A stretch of 64,000 bases of DNA, taken from contig MU271193.1 in assembly GCA_021432655.1 (NCBI GenBank), positions 33,259 to 97,258 on the forward strand, in the 5' to 3' direction. The translations under genes and the position numbers were made by a program. Source of the DNA: Atractiella rhizophila (Eukaryota). The notes under the pieces were generated by a model, which was not told the origin of the DNA, did not search any database, and saw only the letters and a program-made list of their open reading frames with translations. Below, in pieces: positions 40,092 to 62,415 of this stretch. Positions within the stretch are counted from its first letter, which is position 1, and the number at the start of each line of letters is the position of its first letter.

Positions 40092-42728
40092 TGTGTTTTT
40101 GCTTGAGGGCTTCGTCGTGTCGCCTCTGCTTTCATCCCTGTTCGTTACCTACAGCTAGCTTTTATGGAATTGAGCTGCATTGCTTTTAGAACGCATGACA
40201 TACCAATGCCAGTTAGTTCCGCATTGCAATGTGGCAAAGTGGATGCACGAGTGAGTCATTACTAAGTGGTTGGCTTGTTCGTACAAGTCGCACGGCGTTC
40301 GTTCTGCCCATCATATTTGGACTGAGCATATGACTTAAGCGACTCAACTAACCTTCTAATGTTGTTATCCTACTGCTAACGCTCAATAGTATATATATTG
40401 CAATCAATCAAATATTCACAAAATTACTCTTTTCAACCCCAACGTCCCAAACCTGGGAAAGCTCTAATGTTTTTCTGTATAATTCTTCTGGCTAAAAGAA
40501 ATTCAATATTTTGTGAAACGGATTGTACAAAAAACAGCTTACGATGTAAGTTACTACGCGGTCGTTCTGGCCCATACACAGGCTCCACACCTTCCATGAA
40601 CCCATATTCGTTTCCAACCGCTGGATCAGCATGGTTTTGAGCTTGGTGTTTCGTATGCACTTGATTTTTCAAATCTCTGTCGATTTGGCTGTTGCGAGGA
40701 CGTGGAAATGTTGAGGAAGTCCAAGGGTACAATCTCGCATCAGTTTCATGATAGTGTGGGTGGTCATTAGGGTCGTGCCAAATATCTGGTGCAATCTCGA
40801 CTTGTCGTTTCGGTGCAACCCTTGGAGAAGCGTGATTCTGTGAACTCAGCAGGGTAGGACGACAAACCATCTTTTCGACTTTGTTACTCGGCTTGAGTAC
40901 AACGGATGCAAATTAATCCAAGGCATCGTGAGTAACGTTTCACAATTCAAAGCTAGTCCGATTTTGGCCTGAGATGGGGAGGGTGAGGGGTTTGAAGCTG
41001 AGGAGCCACTGCCAGACTGCTTTATGTGTTCTCGAGCGAGCGAGCTCTTTCCACCCTTGTAGCTATAAACACTTCAAGTCAAGATATTTCCAACTCAACG
41101 GAGGGAGCTTCAGTCGAGATCCCTTTGTTAATTAAGTTTCTTGTCTATTTCAACCTAATGCTGAAAGGACTTTGTACCTTTGTTGCTTGTGTCATATAGA
41201 CTGTGCAGAACAGTGGTAGAGACGTCGATAGATGCGATTATTTCCTTCAGAAGAGAGTTTTCTTGCTCTTCCAAGTAATATGTTATTCTTCCTAGTTGTC
41301 ATTTCCTTTCAAGCTTGGTTGCCAGTAAAACGAACAGATTCGGTTCCAATCCTTTGTTCTCGACGTTGCTTGTTCGATGTTTGTTCATCAAGCTCTATTT
41401 CAACCTTCAAACCACACTTCAACCATGGGCATCGCTGACTCCATTAACATTCTGGCTCGCTCGTCTTCGTTATTGGCATGGCGATGCTACTGTCGTGAAA
41501 ATAGCTATGTTGTCTCGAACGCAGCTCCAACAGAAGCTTCCAAAATTTACAAATATTAGATATAGGAGCGTTGAGCTACATTTAGGAGGGAAAGATGTGC
41601 CCTATTAGTCCTATAGGTAATTAGGTAATCTTGAGACGTAACAGGTACGGAGTGCCAAACAGGAAAACAGGTGGATTAGCCTGTGTACATGAGCGAGTCC
41701 GAAAAGCCAACAGCAGGGTAAGCTAAAACATGCTCTCTAAACGAAGGATTCAGTCAACAGACAAGGGCTCAATCGCCAGTCAGGCGGCAGGGAAGAAGCA
41801 GCCTTTTAGGCTACATCGGCTACAGCTCTCTCGGCTGCCTTCATCAATTGACTAGTCAGTGCTCAGATGTCAGGTCGCGCTTTCATGCTTCTGAACAGCA
41901 CGATTGATCCTAGTCTACCTCCCCAACACTTCAGCTTGTAATCAGCACATGTATGGACATTTGTGAAGCAAGTTCTGTGCGCCAACTTTGCGCACACTTC
42001 AAACCTAATGTGGTAGGGACGAGTGACAGAAAGATTGAATTGTTTGAATCCAGTATACTCACGATTCTCATGCCATGACTTCTAATGTTGAACACTCGAA
42101 GTAAAGTGGTAAGTTATCTACTGATGGGAACCACGCCAAACCTCGTAGTTACCAAAAACACACAGAAGAGCTAACGTACCGTTGACGATAACAGTACACG
42201 AAAAGGACAGCCATCATCAAAGTAATTCGCCCACCGCAACGTCCACCACACCACAACGGATCCAGTAAGGCAAACCGCGACCCCTTACCATGCTATGTTG
42301 GCCCCTCAAGTATCCAATCGTGGCATCGTGAGGAGCAGCGTCTGACGAAGTAAGCAGCCAAAGGAACGCAGGGGACGAACTTACGGGCTGTAGGAACCAT
42401 ACCCAAGCCTTTTGCATGAAGCCTGTGAGTGCTGCTTGCACTGAACTCCTCGCATTAGATCGCATGCTGATTCTATTCCTTTTCCTTCCCCTGTCATGTG
42501 AACTTGCCTCCCACCAAATCACACTATAGCTATCCCTCTGAGAGTCCCGTCCGAGCTTTCAGTGCCGATTCGAGTGAAAAAACGACGTTAGACCGTCAGG
42601 TTTTGGTTTCTGTTTGGGATTGTAGACCGGTCCTATCCTGAAAAATAAAGGAGGGACCGTCCCTTCTCATCTCCACAAGTGATTTGACTAGCTTTGCATT
42701 GCATTGAGTGCTACTGCATCAGCACACC

Positions 42729-45700
42729 ATGGCCGTTTCAGACGCTTCGCCTTCGAGTTCTCGAGGGCCGGCGGTGGGAGCGAAGGAAGGTGAAGTTGGA
42801 GGAACGAAGAGAAATGGGGTTTCCAATTCGACCACGACGACCGACGAAGATTCGAGTTCTAAACCGACCACCACCATCTCCACCACCAACAACGCAAACG
42901 CAAACACAAACGGTTCAGCCTCAGATTTGACTTGGAACGATCACACTTCTCGAGGTCGCAGAGAGTCCAAGATGCCCTCTGATTCGAAGGATGCGAAGCA
43001 TCCCACAACTCCTCCCCTCCCTTCAACCTCCGCCCCACGTACCCCAGATGTAAAATCTAAAGGAGGGACCCTCTATCGACGGGCACGCTCTCCAGAGTCC
43101 AAGTATGCCGTCGCAGAGATGAGACCTCGTAGAAGCGAGTTTTTGAAGGAGAAGTCGATTGGCCAACCGGAGAAAGCGAGTTACGAACGTCCTATCAGTA
43201 ACAAGGAGAGGAGACGAAGGGAAGAAGAGAAACACACTGCTTCATCTAGGAGGGATAGGGATAGAAGTTGGAGCAGAGACAGGGAAAGGGAAAGAGAGAA
43301 AAGATTGGACGACTCGAACGTGAGGAGACGGGATGATAGGTGAGTCCTTCCTGATCTCTGCATGATGACAAGGATATGGTTCGGTCAGAGAGGAGTCTGT
43401 TGAGAATCTTTGACTGCCAGTAACTAGAGTGTGAAGACGCTCCTGTTCTGGTGTCGAGTGATTTGGGTCATGGTGTTCGGGCAGGCCTTGTAGTTTTCTC
43501 AGCTTTGTGCCTTGCAGAGCGGTGTGCTACTGAGATTTTCCCTTTGCGAACCGGAGGGTTGTCGTGGCGGTATATATTTTGTATGGTACATCAAAACCAT
43601 ATACATTAATGCAACATTTACCATCAAACCAAAATGCATGATGCCACACACCCTGCCGTTCGAACGTTCGAATGATGCCATCAACATCCGAATAAACGAA
43701 GCTGATTGCTTTTTGATTGGAAACAGGTACTCATCCCGAGATCGATCACGTTCACCGCATCACAAGGCCGTATCTACCTCTCGACACCACAGAGAGCGAT
43801 CCATCGATTCGTCTTATTCGCGTTCCAAGCCGGACGACTACCGGAAGGACCGGGATAGAGAACGCGATCGAGAGCGGGAGCGGGATAGAGATAGGGACAG
43901 GGAAAGAGAACGGGATCGGGAGCGAGAGATAGACCGATATGGTTATGGGGACAAGGAGAGGGAGAGAGATCGTGCGGCAATCAAGAGGAAGAGGAGCCCA
44001 AGTCCGGCCCACGATAGGCAAGCTTCCACTTCGAAGAGGAAGGTGTCGAACGAGCTGGAGAAGGGGAGAGCGGATGGGGATCGGGTTGAAAAGTTGTTGG
44101 AGGAGGCAGTACGGAAGAGCGAGCTGTCGCAGAACTCTGGGATTCGATCTACTACGAAGGATCCTAGGTCGCTACGTCCGAGAGAGAGGATGTCGGATGA
44201 TGTGCCGGAGGGAAAGCCGAAAGAGGATACATCGTCGAGCAAAAGTTCATCCGTGAGTAAGGTCCCATTGTCGAAGAAGAATGGACCGGCGGGAACGATC
44301 AATGGAAAGTCTGATATCAGCAAGTTCTTTCCTGGTGATGATGGAAGTGAAGATGAGCTGCCAAAGAAGAAGGTGAAGACCGAGGAAGCTGCGTCATCGA
44401 GGTTACCTTCGAAACGACAGCCGTCTGCTCCTTCGAGTTCGGGCAGAGACATGCTTTCTGATCGTGAACGGGAACGGGATCGGGAACGAGAAAGACCATC
44501 GGATAGGAAGCGGGAAAGAGAACGAGACAGAGAAGGGGAAAGAGAGCGAACAAGGGACGCACGTTCACGGGTCGCAAGTAGGGATCTTCATCCCACCGAA
44601 CTTCTCGATGGTCCACCTCGCGTCCCTCGCGTTCGCCGTCCCGTTCAGCCACCTCCGACAGTAGTCGATCTCCCACCTCCCCCCACCACTCCCGAGCGAT
44701 ATCCCACACCAGTAACGACGACCGTTGCCCCTTCCTACCCCGTTCCCGCTCACGCTCCTCCTCCTCAACATCAGCAACCCATGATGCTTTACGACGTTCC
44801 TCCACGCTACCCTTTACCTCCTCCCCCTCCTCTCCTCCAAACGCAAGACTGGGGACCAGCAGGCCCTCCTCCTCCGCCTCCCAATCTTCCCCCGCTACAA
44901 GAACCACGAGGAGCAGCCATGATGCCACATCTTGCAGGCGAGGACCAAGCGAATTGGATGGAAGGCGAGCGACATCGGATGCAGGAGGAATGGGACGCAT
45001 TCGACAGGCAAAAGGCGGAGTATGCACAGATTGAACAGGAGTACCAAGCAGCTATGATTGCTTGGCAGAAAAAGCGCGATCTTCCGCCTCCAGCGCAGAA
45101 GGAGTCGGAGTCGAAAGATGTGTTTGAGCGATTGGTCCAAGTCGGAGAGGGAACATATGGCAAGGTCTATAAGGCTAAGAACTTGGAGACCGGCGTACTG
45201 GTCGCTCTGAAGCAGATCAGAATGGAACAGGAGAAGGATGGGTTTCCGGTCACCGCTTCTAGAGAAATCAAGCTGTTACAAAGTCTTAGGCATCCGAACG
45301 TTGTCAGTTTGCTCGAAATCATGGTCTCTAAGGGTAAGCCCTCTTGTCAGTCTTCAGCAAAACTTCGTGATTGATCCGGTGTTCTGAAACAGGTCATGTT
45401 TATATGGTCTTCGAATACGTGGATCACGATCTCACGGGTCTCTTGCACCACCCAGCCGTTCGCTTCACTCCCGCCAATCTCAAGTCGCTGATGTACCAAA
45501 TTCTGATCGGTCTCGACTACATCCACAGTCGCCGTGTCCTCCACCGGGATCTCAAGGGCAGCAACATCCTCCTATCGAAGAAAGGAGATGTGAAGATTGC
45601 CGACTTTGGACTCGCAAGGTTCTACCAGACCGGAAGGAAAGCAGACTACACTAACCGTGTCATCACTCAGTGGTATAAACCTCCAGAACTGCTGTTCGGC

Positions 45701-46310
45701 GAGACCATCTACGGCGCAGAAGTCGACATGTGGAGTGCTGGGTGCCATTTCTTCTCATACCTGATGAATGAGGTGCTGACATGTGTGCTAAGGTGCATTT
45801 TTCTTGAGCTGTGGACACGTCGAGCAATCTTCCAGGGTCAGGACGAGATTCATCAGCTTACGACGATTTGGGAAGTCATGGGCACACCAAGTGTTGAGAC
45901 GTGGCCTGGGCTTGTTCAATTGCCTTGGTACGAGCTGATCAAGCCGAAGGCTGTCCTTCCAAATACTCTGAGGGAGAAATATGCCTCGTGCGTTATCTGC
46001 TCTTCCTCAACAGCCATGAGTTGATTCAGGATTAGACAAGTACCGGAAGCTGCCATGCAAGTGGCGGAGAGGATGCTTGAGTTCGACCCTCTCAAACGGT
46101 TGAGCGCAGGAGAGGCTCTAAACCTCGATTACTTTCAGCGCGATGAACCCAGACCGCAGGTTCCGAACATGTAAGCTAACGTTTTAATCGCTTCCTCTGG
46201 CTGAGCAACGCATATGCAGGCTGTCGAACCTCAAAGGTGATTGGCACGAATGGGAAGCAAAAAAGGCAAGGAAGAAAAGGAAGGAAGAAGAGCGTGCTCA
46301 GCATAAATGA
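42729..46310 (+). CDS. CTK1: RNA polymerase II CTD kinase, Ctk1/Lsk1/CDK12-like, with long RD/RE/RS-rich and Pro-rich N-terminus
   Basis: GEGTYGKVYKA, VALKQIRMEQEKDGFPVTASREIKLLQSLRHPN, MVFEYVDHDLTG, HRDLKGSNILL, DFGLAR, DYTNRVIT, C-terminal GDWHEWE. Confidence 0.9.
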
Positions 46311-47733
46311 AGTGATCACGAAAGGTCCCACCTATTCCGTACTCATGCTCTTCGCTATCGCGGAACTACCACACCTCCCTCTGTCATGTATTTTATCCCT
46401 TTTATCGCAAGCATTTTGTGTGCATTATCAATACGAACTCATTTGAAAGTAATAGAATCAGTATGAGACATAGCTCTCAGTTCCTGTGTCGCCGTTTAAG
46501 ACCAGTCGTGGACTGACTTCAATGTCGCCGTTCTAGCAGCGAATGAAGCTACCGGAGTTGAAAGTGATACGAGTCGTGAAAATCAATAGCTTAGTCAGTA
46601 GTCATCAAGAGTTTGAGGGAACGTTTTCAGCAACTTGTCAACTATTATGACCTGCCACAAGCCATCCTTCCCTGTTGGGAGAAGGAAGCATTCGGAGGGG
46701 TCGCGGGATCGGACGGGCGTTGACGCGGGTTGTCGCAAAGCAGCTCGCAACTGGTTGAATCCATGCGAATATTCCACTGATATAATGTCAAGCGGCAGGC
46801 AAGACAGCCCTAGGCATGGTTTGGACTTTGCTGCTTAACGTCTAGATACATCCCCGAATGGGCAACTACGTCTCTGGGTAAGTTTACCATTTGGTCGATT
46901 GTATCGAGAACAGGCAGCGACAGATCCTGGGAGGGTTTGGCCTGAGAACCCTGTAGCCTTACCAGATGCATTTCTCCTTATGCAGCCAAAACTAAGAGGC
47001 TTCTGCTGTTATGCTGCTACCTGCAATCTTTGTTGTTGCAAAGTAAAGCAGGTATACTCTAGTACTGGCTACTTTGGTGTCTCTAAGTGTAAAGACATCC
47101 TCTGAAGGGTGCTGAATAACGATATATTAACCTCTCCCAGAACGATGCTTCTTTGTCCCCATGAATGGATCTTCGCGCGTCCCTCAGTTTGATTTACGAA
47201 CAATTTTCTTATCACTTGTCATGCTTCAAGTTAGTTCTGATCAAGGGCTCTTAGCAGTATTGCACTAGTTTCAAAAGGAAGAAATGATGACGTCTGGTCT
47301 TGTTTTGCATAAACCATAACTTGCTCCAGGTTGTTCTGCTCAGACTGCAGGAGAATCAACTCAACACAGCCTGTTTCGCGAATCTCCATGTTCCAGCGGA
47401 ATCAGAAAATCAAGAACAGAGCAAGAGCAGACGAAGGCATTGGATGCACGCAATGATGGTTCTACAGCGTATTCCCTTGCCGCCATATTGTGAGTTGTTG
47501 TTTTATTGCTGCTCCTGAGTTTCATCTCTCGCAGAGGGACGGAGGAGGGCAGAGTCAGCACCAGTGTGACGTTTCCCCTTAACGTTCATCTGGAGCCAGT
47601 TGGACAGTCCAGTTCCATTCTCGCGCACGATCTCGTTGAAGCGCAGAGCTGCAGCAAGCACGCGCTGACCGAATTTCCTTTTGTGGCCCCAGCACTTATC
47701 ACACTGTGTGGGTTTCTCCAGCTGAACAACGAC

Positions 47734-56344
<8,611 letters not shown>

Positions 56345-56875
56345 AGATTTCTCGCAACACAACTCAAACAGAACATCAGTGCGTCGACTTGAGTCAACTT
56401 ATCTTGAATCAGAGACTATAGACAAATATATTTGCCTTCCACTGCATTGCAGAGACGTTCATCTCTCAAGAAGGAGGCTGACACGACATTGATCTACAGT
56501 TGTTGAGCTGCTGGTCTACAAACTTTCTTGGGATAAGAGTGTACAGAACCCGCCAACCAACAGCAAGTCATTCAGCACGCTTTGAATGCTCCTTGCGCTG
56601 CGCTCAAGTTTGAGCTCATTGCTGTGCCATCACTTGGGAACACAGTCTTCACGAGAGACGGAATTGATTAAAAGCCTGAAAATACAGGAGAGCAAATTGC
56701 CTGACAAGAACTGCACGGCCTCGAACCGAGCTGGCGTTTTGATAGGTTTGCTAGTGCGTATTAATCTGTCCCCGAGAAATGTTTTGATGACTGCTTTGGA
56801 CATGAGAGGCAGTTTTATTACACGACTCTGAGATCGTAATGTAATATCCAAGTTCGAAATGATACATTGCGGACT

Positions 56876-58248
56876 TCAGGCTTTTGTAAAGAGCTGTCCA
56901 ACCTTGGAGAGGGTACCTGGAACGCGATCAATTTCACCTCTTCAAAAATGAAAAGAGCGGATAAAACCGTACCATCGTTGTTGTACAGGCATGACCCTGT
57001 GCCGACGACGTTATTGGCGGCGTTGGCATCGTTGGCCTTCAACAGGTTTGGAGTGGTGGCAATGAACGGAAAGTACCTGATCGTCCTGGTCACCCGTTGT
57101 TCCCCTTTGGAAATCGCTAGACGACTTACATTTCAACATAAGCCTGACTATCGAGCCATGCAAATGCCTTCGTGTAGAAATTAATCCTGTCACAGCGACT
57201 TCAGGTGGTTATGGTCTGACAGACATGACACCCACTGAGCCTGTTGACCACCAGCAGGTTTGTTCAGGGCAAATTCGGTGATAGCGATTTTGTAGCTCTA
57301 CAAAGGGATTTGTAAGGCGTATGCTTTAGATTGCTGAGAAATGATGAGCAAAATCGTACCGGGAACTGTTTGTGCGCGTTCTGGACGTGCGCCTTGAAGT
57401 CATTCAAAGTTGCACCGTACCAATGCTACAACTCATTGTTAAGATGGAGGGATACGGTTTGCGCTAGACAGAGTGACTACGCACGAGATTGATCCACTTC
57501 GCAGGACACTTTCCATTGCATGCGCTGATGAATTGACGCAGCCAGTTCAGTCCTTGGCCAGCTGCATTAGAATTGGTGACTGCAGGAAAAGCCTTTGCCA
57601 CTTTCTGCATCACTCAATCAGCCCATAGCCGTAAATCGAATTTATCATAATCTGACGGACCAAAGGAGTAATGTTCTTCTTGTACCACGTCGCGGCGCTG
57701 GCTGGACTGATACCGTTAATGTCGGGCTCGTTCAGAGTGAAAAGTTCTTTCGGAAAGCATCGTCAGTGAATGTCGAGGAGAGGAGGATGGTGCGACGTAC
57801 TCTTCCACTTCTGATCATTCAAGCGAGCCTTCAATTGTCCAATCGGGCTAGAATCGCAATCCAAGCATCGCTGCATGCCGATAAATTCCAGACCTTGTTA
57901 CCATCGTTCTTAAACTGCCTCTTCGAGAAGGAGAGAGCTTACCTCCTGCTCCATTCGTCGAAGGAGGTTGATATGTCTCATAGTCCTACACGGAGATTCA
58001 GTAAAGCAAAATAGAGGCTACTCGAGGCGACGAACGTAAATGTAGGAGACTTTGTTCTTGTGGAGTTTGCCAGGATTCAAGCTCCCGTTGTCTGTGTGTG
58101 CGTGCTCACTCTCAGCTCATCTTCATGGAAGTTGAAGGAAGGAAAGCTCACACCAAGCCCAGCACGCTCCTCGTTTACCAGCAGCTTGGACAAATGGAAG
58201 ACTGAAGAGAATGGATGAAATGACAGTAAAAAAGAGAGAGATTTGCAT
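56876..58248 (-). CDS. Secreted glycoside hydrolase family 128 (beta-1,3-glucanase-like), essentially absent from the ORF track
   Basis: Spliced MQISLFFTVISSILFSLPFVQA-AGKRGACWAWYNGSLNPG...YDYETY...FIGMQRCLDCDSSP...FTLNEPDING (acid/base Glu)...LHWYG...IAITEFA (nucleophile Glu)...YFPF...LYNNDGTLSKVGQLF. Confidence 0.88.
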
Positions 58249-58874
58249 GGTGTTGGGTTGGGATGGAGAGAGTGGTTGGTTCCAGTTCGATGATGGGCGA
58301 CAAGGATCGAAAGCGTGGTCCTTATGAAGGCGAAGCGGTCCTTACAGGTTTCACATACAAGGAGAGGAGACGGTTGCGATTGTGAAACACATGGAGGAGG
58401 TCGCACTCTATTGATTGTGCCTGTCCTGTGTCCACTGTCCACTCCGTTGTCGATGTCAACAGCCAAGGGACAGCGTCCGGAAGCCTCAATATTTTCCCAC
58501 CTTAACTCGTAACTTGGCCAGGACCTAGCGGAATAAAATAGGTAGGTCGATAGCTGAAGCTAAACATTGACATATAATTGACAATGAGTATCGACAGTGG
58601 GAACGACCGACCAAAAAAACCAATGAAGCAATTCAACGACCGAGAAAGCAAAAAAGCGGTCCTGGATCATCCCATCTCATCAATGAGATGAGGAGGGGCA
58701 GAAGTCAAACCGAAGCCAGGGTCACTTGTGTTTTAAGGGTGAATTTTTTGGACAGGGGAATCGAACCGAGCAAGGACAGAAAAAGAATGAAGCAAAGATT
58801 TCCAAGTCCGATTGAAAGGCAGGTATACCGGCACAGGTATCACCATCCCATCCTTTGACGTTTGATGGGAGTGT

Positions 58875-60046
58875 TTAAAGTACTTTGGGTCCGTAGATCT
58901 TTTTCTGTTCACAGGGAGAGAATCAGTTCGGTAGAAGAGATGTTACAGGGAGGGCTTGAAAACGTACAATCGCGGTGGTGTACTTCTTGAAAGGTTGGGG
59001 AACCTGCTTCACCTGAATGTTGTTGACCAATCTGTCACACAAACACAACAGAAACCCGTCAGCATCCCATCCAAAGCAAGCAAGGGGAACGGAAAGAAGA
59101 AAAAGAAAAAAAAACGCACCCAACATCAAGGGAATAAAGAGCAGAGAAAGCAGCCTTTGTAAGGTCGACGTGCTTGCTTCCCTTTGCACATCCAGCGCAG
59201 GTATCGATCTTGCGGACGATGACTGACTTCTTGCCATTGGTGGAGCGGAGCTGCAGATATCCATAAATATCGCTTCTTCAGAATCCAAAAAAAGCGAACC
59301 TTCATGTAAGTACCACATTTAGGAGCGCCGGACCAGCCATTGAGGGTCGTGGCCGCGATGAGAGATTTGTCAGTGGGAGTGAAGCCGGATTTCTGAGAGA
59401 ATAGTCAGGACTGTGGATAGAGAGCCTATAAGGGACGAACATCACAGCAGCTAAAATGCAGTTCAGTCATGGACATCTCAGTACAAGGAAACAAAAACTG
59501 ACTTGGGGTACTTCAAATCATATCCGGTATACCAAGTGATCCTCGCCTCTATGACAAATCATTTCACACCCATTCCATATCCGTCGAAGAAATTCACATA
59601 CTGAAGCTGAATCCCCTCTTGACGGTCTTGACCATGCTCTTCAAATCATTCCAGCTCCTGGGGAAATGAAGCTCTCCCCTCTCGTCAAGGTGCATCTCGA
59701 CCTCCCTTCTCGCGACATCCCTGACTGGGCTCGAATCCACCGAATATGCCCTCTTAATGAGCGAGCTTTGTTCAACGGGCGAAACATCGTGATCGAAGAC
59801 CATCATTCCGTGAGTATCAATATCCTCCCATCCATCCTCCTCTGGATCAACGTCGTGGATAAATTCCGAGTAGTCATGGTCCTGAGGCTCGTAGTCCGAG
59901 TCGTCCGTGTCGACCGAGAGAGCGTTGGAGCCATCAGCGCTTGTGACATTAGAAGCAATGGCACGGGAAATCTGAAGGTGTTTGATGTTGGACGCGTTAA
60001 CAGCGATGGCGAGCGCAGAAACGAGGAAAAGAGCTGATTGCCTCAT
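58875..60046 (-). CDS. Secreted protein with C-terminal RlpA-like double-psi beta-barrel (expansin/loosenin-like)
   Basis: Signal peptide, acidic region, KR sites, then ARITWYTG...PNCCD...LIAATT...PKCGTY...VIVRKIDTCAGCAKGSKHVDLTKAAFSAL. Confidence 0.82.
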
Positions 60047-62415
60047 CTTGAAAAAATTTCGTTGTAATTTTTTGTTGTGAGTTACAAAAGAGTGTAGAAA
60101 AGGTCGCTCTTGCTTTGTCAGGTCAAAGGGAGAGCTGAGGAGGTTGGGATGGTTGTTAAGGGGGAATCATTCACGGACACTGACCCAATGGTTTTATTGA
60201 CTTCGGTGCTTTCCAAACGTAAGAGGTCCGCGGAACCTTTTCTTGGGACCGTCAAGGCCTAACGGAAGAGGGGAGGAAGCATATCATTTTTTTGTATCCA
60301 CTCTTTCGTCATGCATACTTCCTGCATACTCCATGCATAAACTGAGGTATTCCACCCATTTCGCTCAGGTTTAGAAGCTCCAAAGGCACGATGAGCAGGA
60401 ATCGACATGGTGCGAATGTAGGACATCCGCTATTTTGGGATTATTCGGATTTTTCAGACGCCGAGATGCCGCATGGAACCAAAAGTTTCTTCAGACAAAA
60501 AGGCGAGAAGGAAACAAGAGGCTGACCACTTCCTTCAATTATTTCATGGGGGAGCTCATAGCAACTGTGGAAGAAAGCGACAGGCTGTATAAAAATAGTT
60601 TACAGTTGAGGCTTCCAGATTTCAGCCAGTGGCAAAGTTGCAGGTCCGAGAGCGCGTCTTTCCTGCGTTCTTTGAAATGAAGACAGAGGTTCGAAGAGGC
60701 TAGAATGCATTGTGGCTATTCTTAGAGCTTATGCATGGTTTCAGCACTGCACTTCGTCGTGGGTCACGTATTCAGCGGGCAGCCGCTTTGCGAAAGGCAA
60801 AGAAGTGTCGGGTGAGAAGGACCTACCTTCTAAGATGCTGGAGCTCATTGGGTACAGTATCGAGGCTGCAGAGCCCAATGATCCGATCAATCTCAGCCTG
60901 TAAACGTCTGGTGAAACAGTTCGATGTTCACACAACTGGTTCTGGTTGGCGCCGTGGATCTGTCTGACATTACATTCCGTTGCAATATAAATGAGTTCGA
61001 AATTGCATCTGGGATTCAAAGTGCGATGTTCAACGTTCATCGTTAAAATTCATTCATTACCTCATAAGTAGTCCTTTCCAAATTCATTCGCAGACAGTCC
61101 TAGGCGTGAATCCCTCCTTTGGATATCCAGGACTGGTTTTTGCGATATTACAGCAATATGAATATCTGGACGCGCAGTCAACTCAAAGCCGCAGTTGACA
61201 TCAAAGCAGTTGGTAGTGGGATGGTCATCAGCATGTGCGACGGCCTGAGAGCAGGGGCTCTGTGAGACTTGCCGCCTTGTCCTCGGAGGATCAGTTTGCA
61301 GGCATCGAGCCATTGTTGCGATATGTCTTTGTGGAATGACGGGATCTGCAAAGGGTTGAGAGCAAGCACCACCTCCACCACCATGACATTTACGATTAGA
61401 AGTCAAAATCTCAAGTTCACTAAATTGCTTCAATGAAATAGGAGGTGTGTCAGCGCTTCACAGTAACCTATGGTCTGTAATTAAATAACGAACCACAGTC
61501 GCAGTATGCCACTTTATGGGACAAGACCTTTCAGTCTAATTGATTGATCGCGTGCCTCTCAAGGCAGACGCTGCGACCTTTTTGGATACTGTTTCGTGAC
61601 AACAATCTGATGCAGGTCCAAAAGCCCAAGGAGAGCGTCCTTCACCCTGGAGTAGTACAGTACCTTTTACAGTGGGACTACTTTCAGGCTGCTTTCAACA
61701 AACGTAGCTACGCAGTCTGTTTCAGTCTCAACAGGAGATCAAGGTACAATGGTACTGGTACTTGGACATAGATGCATATGCACGCCATCCCCTACACATC
61801 CGTTTCAGAGAAGAACATACAGTAGTATCTTAAAAAAACAAGCACTCCATCATAACCCTCATCGTTGCCTTGAAAAAGCCACATTCGCTCCTCGTTGCGT
61901 GGAGGGTTGCAGACATCGAGTCAATGGAAAAAGAGACGACAGAAGCATTAGGGGAGCGGGAAGCAAAGCAGATTTGCAAGACAGTTGCGTGCAGAGTTAT
62001 GTAAATGAGGGCGGATGAGCAGTTGCATGCTCCCTCCTTAAGAACAAGGCGGTCGGCAAAAGACGCGTCTTGGCCAAACGCGTCCGAGCGCCTCAAGCTT
62101 AAACCAAGCTTTACCAACCCCAGCCTGAGCAAGGGCTGAACGAGGACTCTCCTAGCTGAGCGGTACCTTAGACAGACGCAGGATGCCGAATGAAAGCAAC
62201 TCTCTCGACCTTTCTTTGGATGGCCGTAAGCCGCAAAGACAGAAGCATAAGAAGACTGCGACGACTTTCCCCAAAATCTGGAACGATTTCTTGCGGTTTA
62301 GCTGGGAGGATGGAGAGGGTGCGCCTTCTGTCTTATAGCTTAGACGGTGTGCGGGTTCGTTGACTGTTGTTTCGTCTTGGGATTAGTGGCGGAGGGGTTG
62401 TTAACACTTGACGGA

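Noticed and set aside
40433..40870. 145-aa minus-strand ORF
   Set aside because: No recognisable domain or convincing exon structure; not enough support to call a gene.
43840..44560. Repetitive GA-rich arrays with overlapping ORFs
   Set aside because: RD/RE dipeptide coding tracts of the kinase N-terminus, not a spacer array or satellite.
58750..58770. GGTTCGATTCCC on the minus strand (tRNA T-loop / B-box-like)
   Set aside because: The T-stem pairs for only 2 bp and there is no acceptor, D or anticodon arm; it lies just downstream of the RlpA-like gene.
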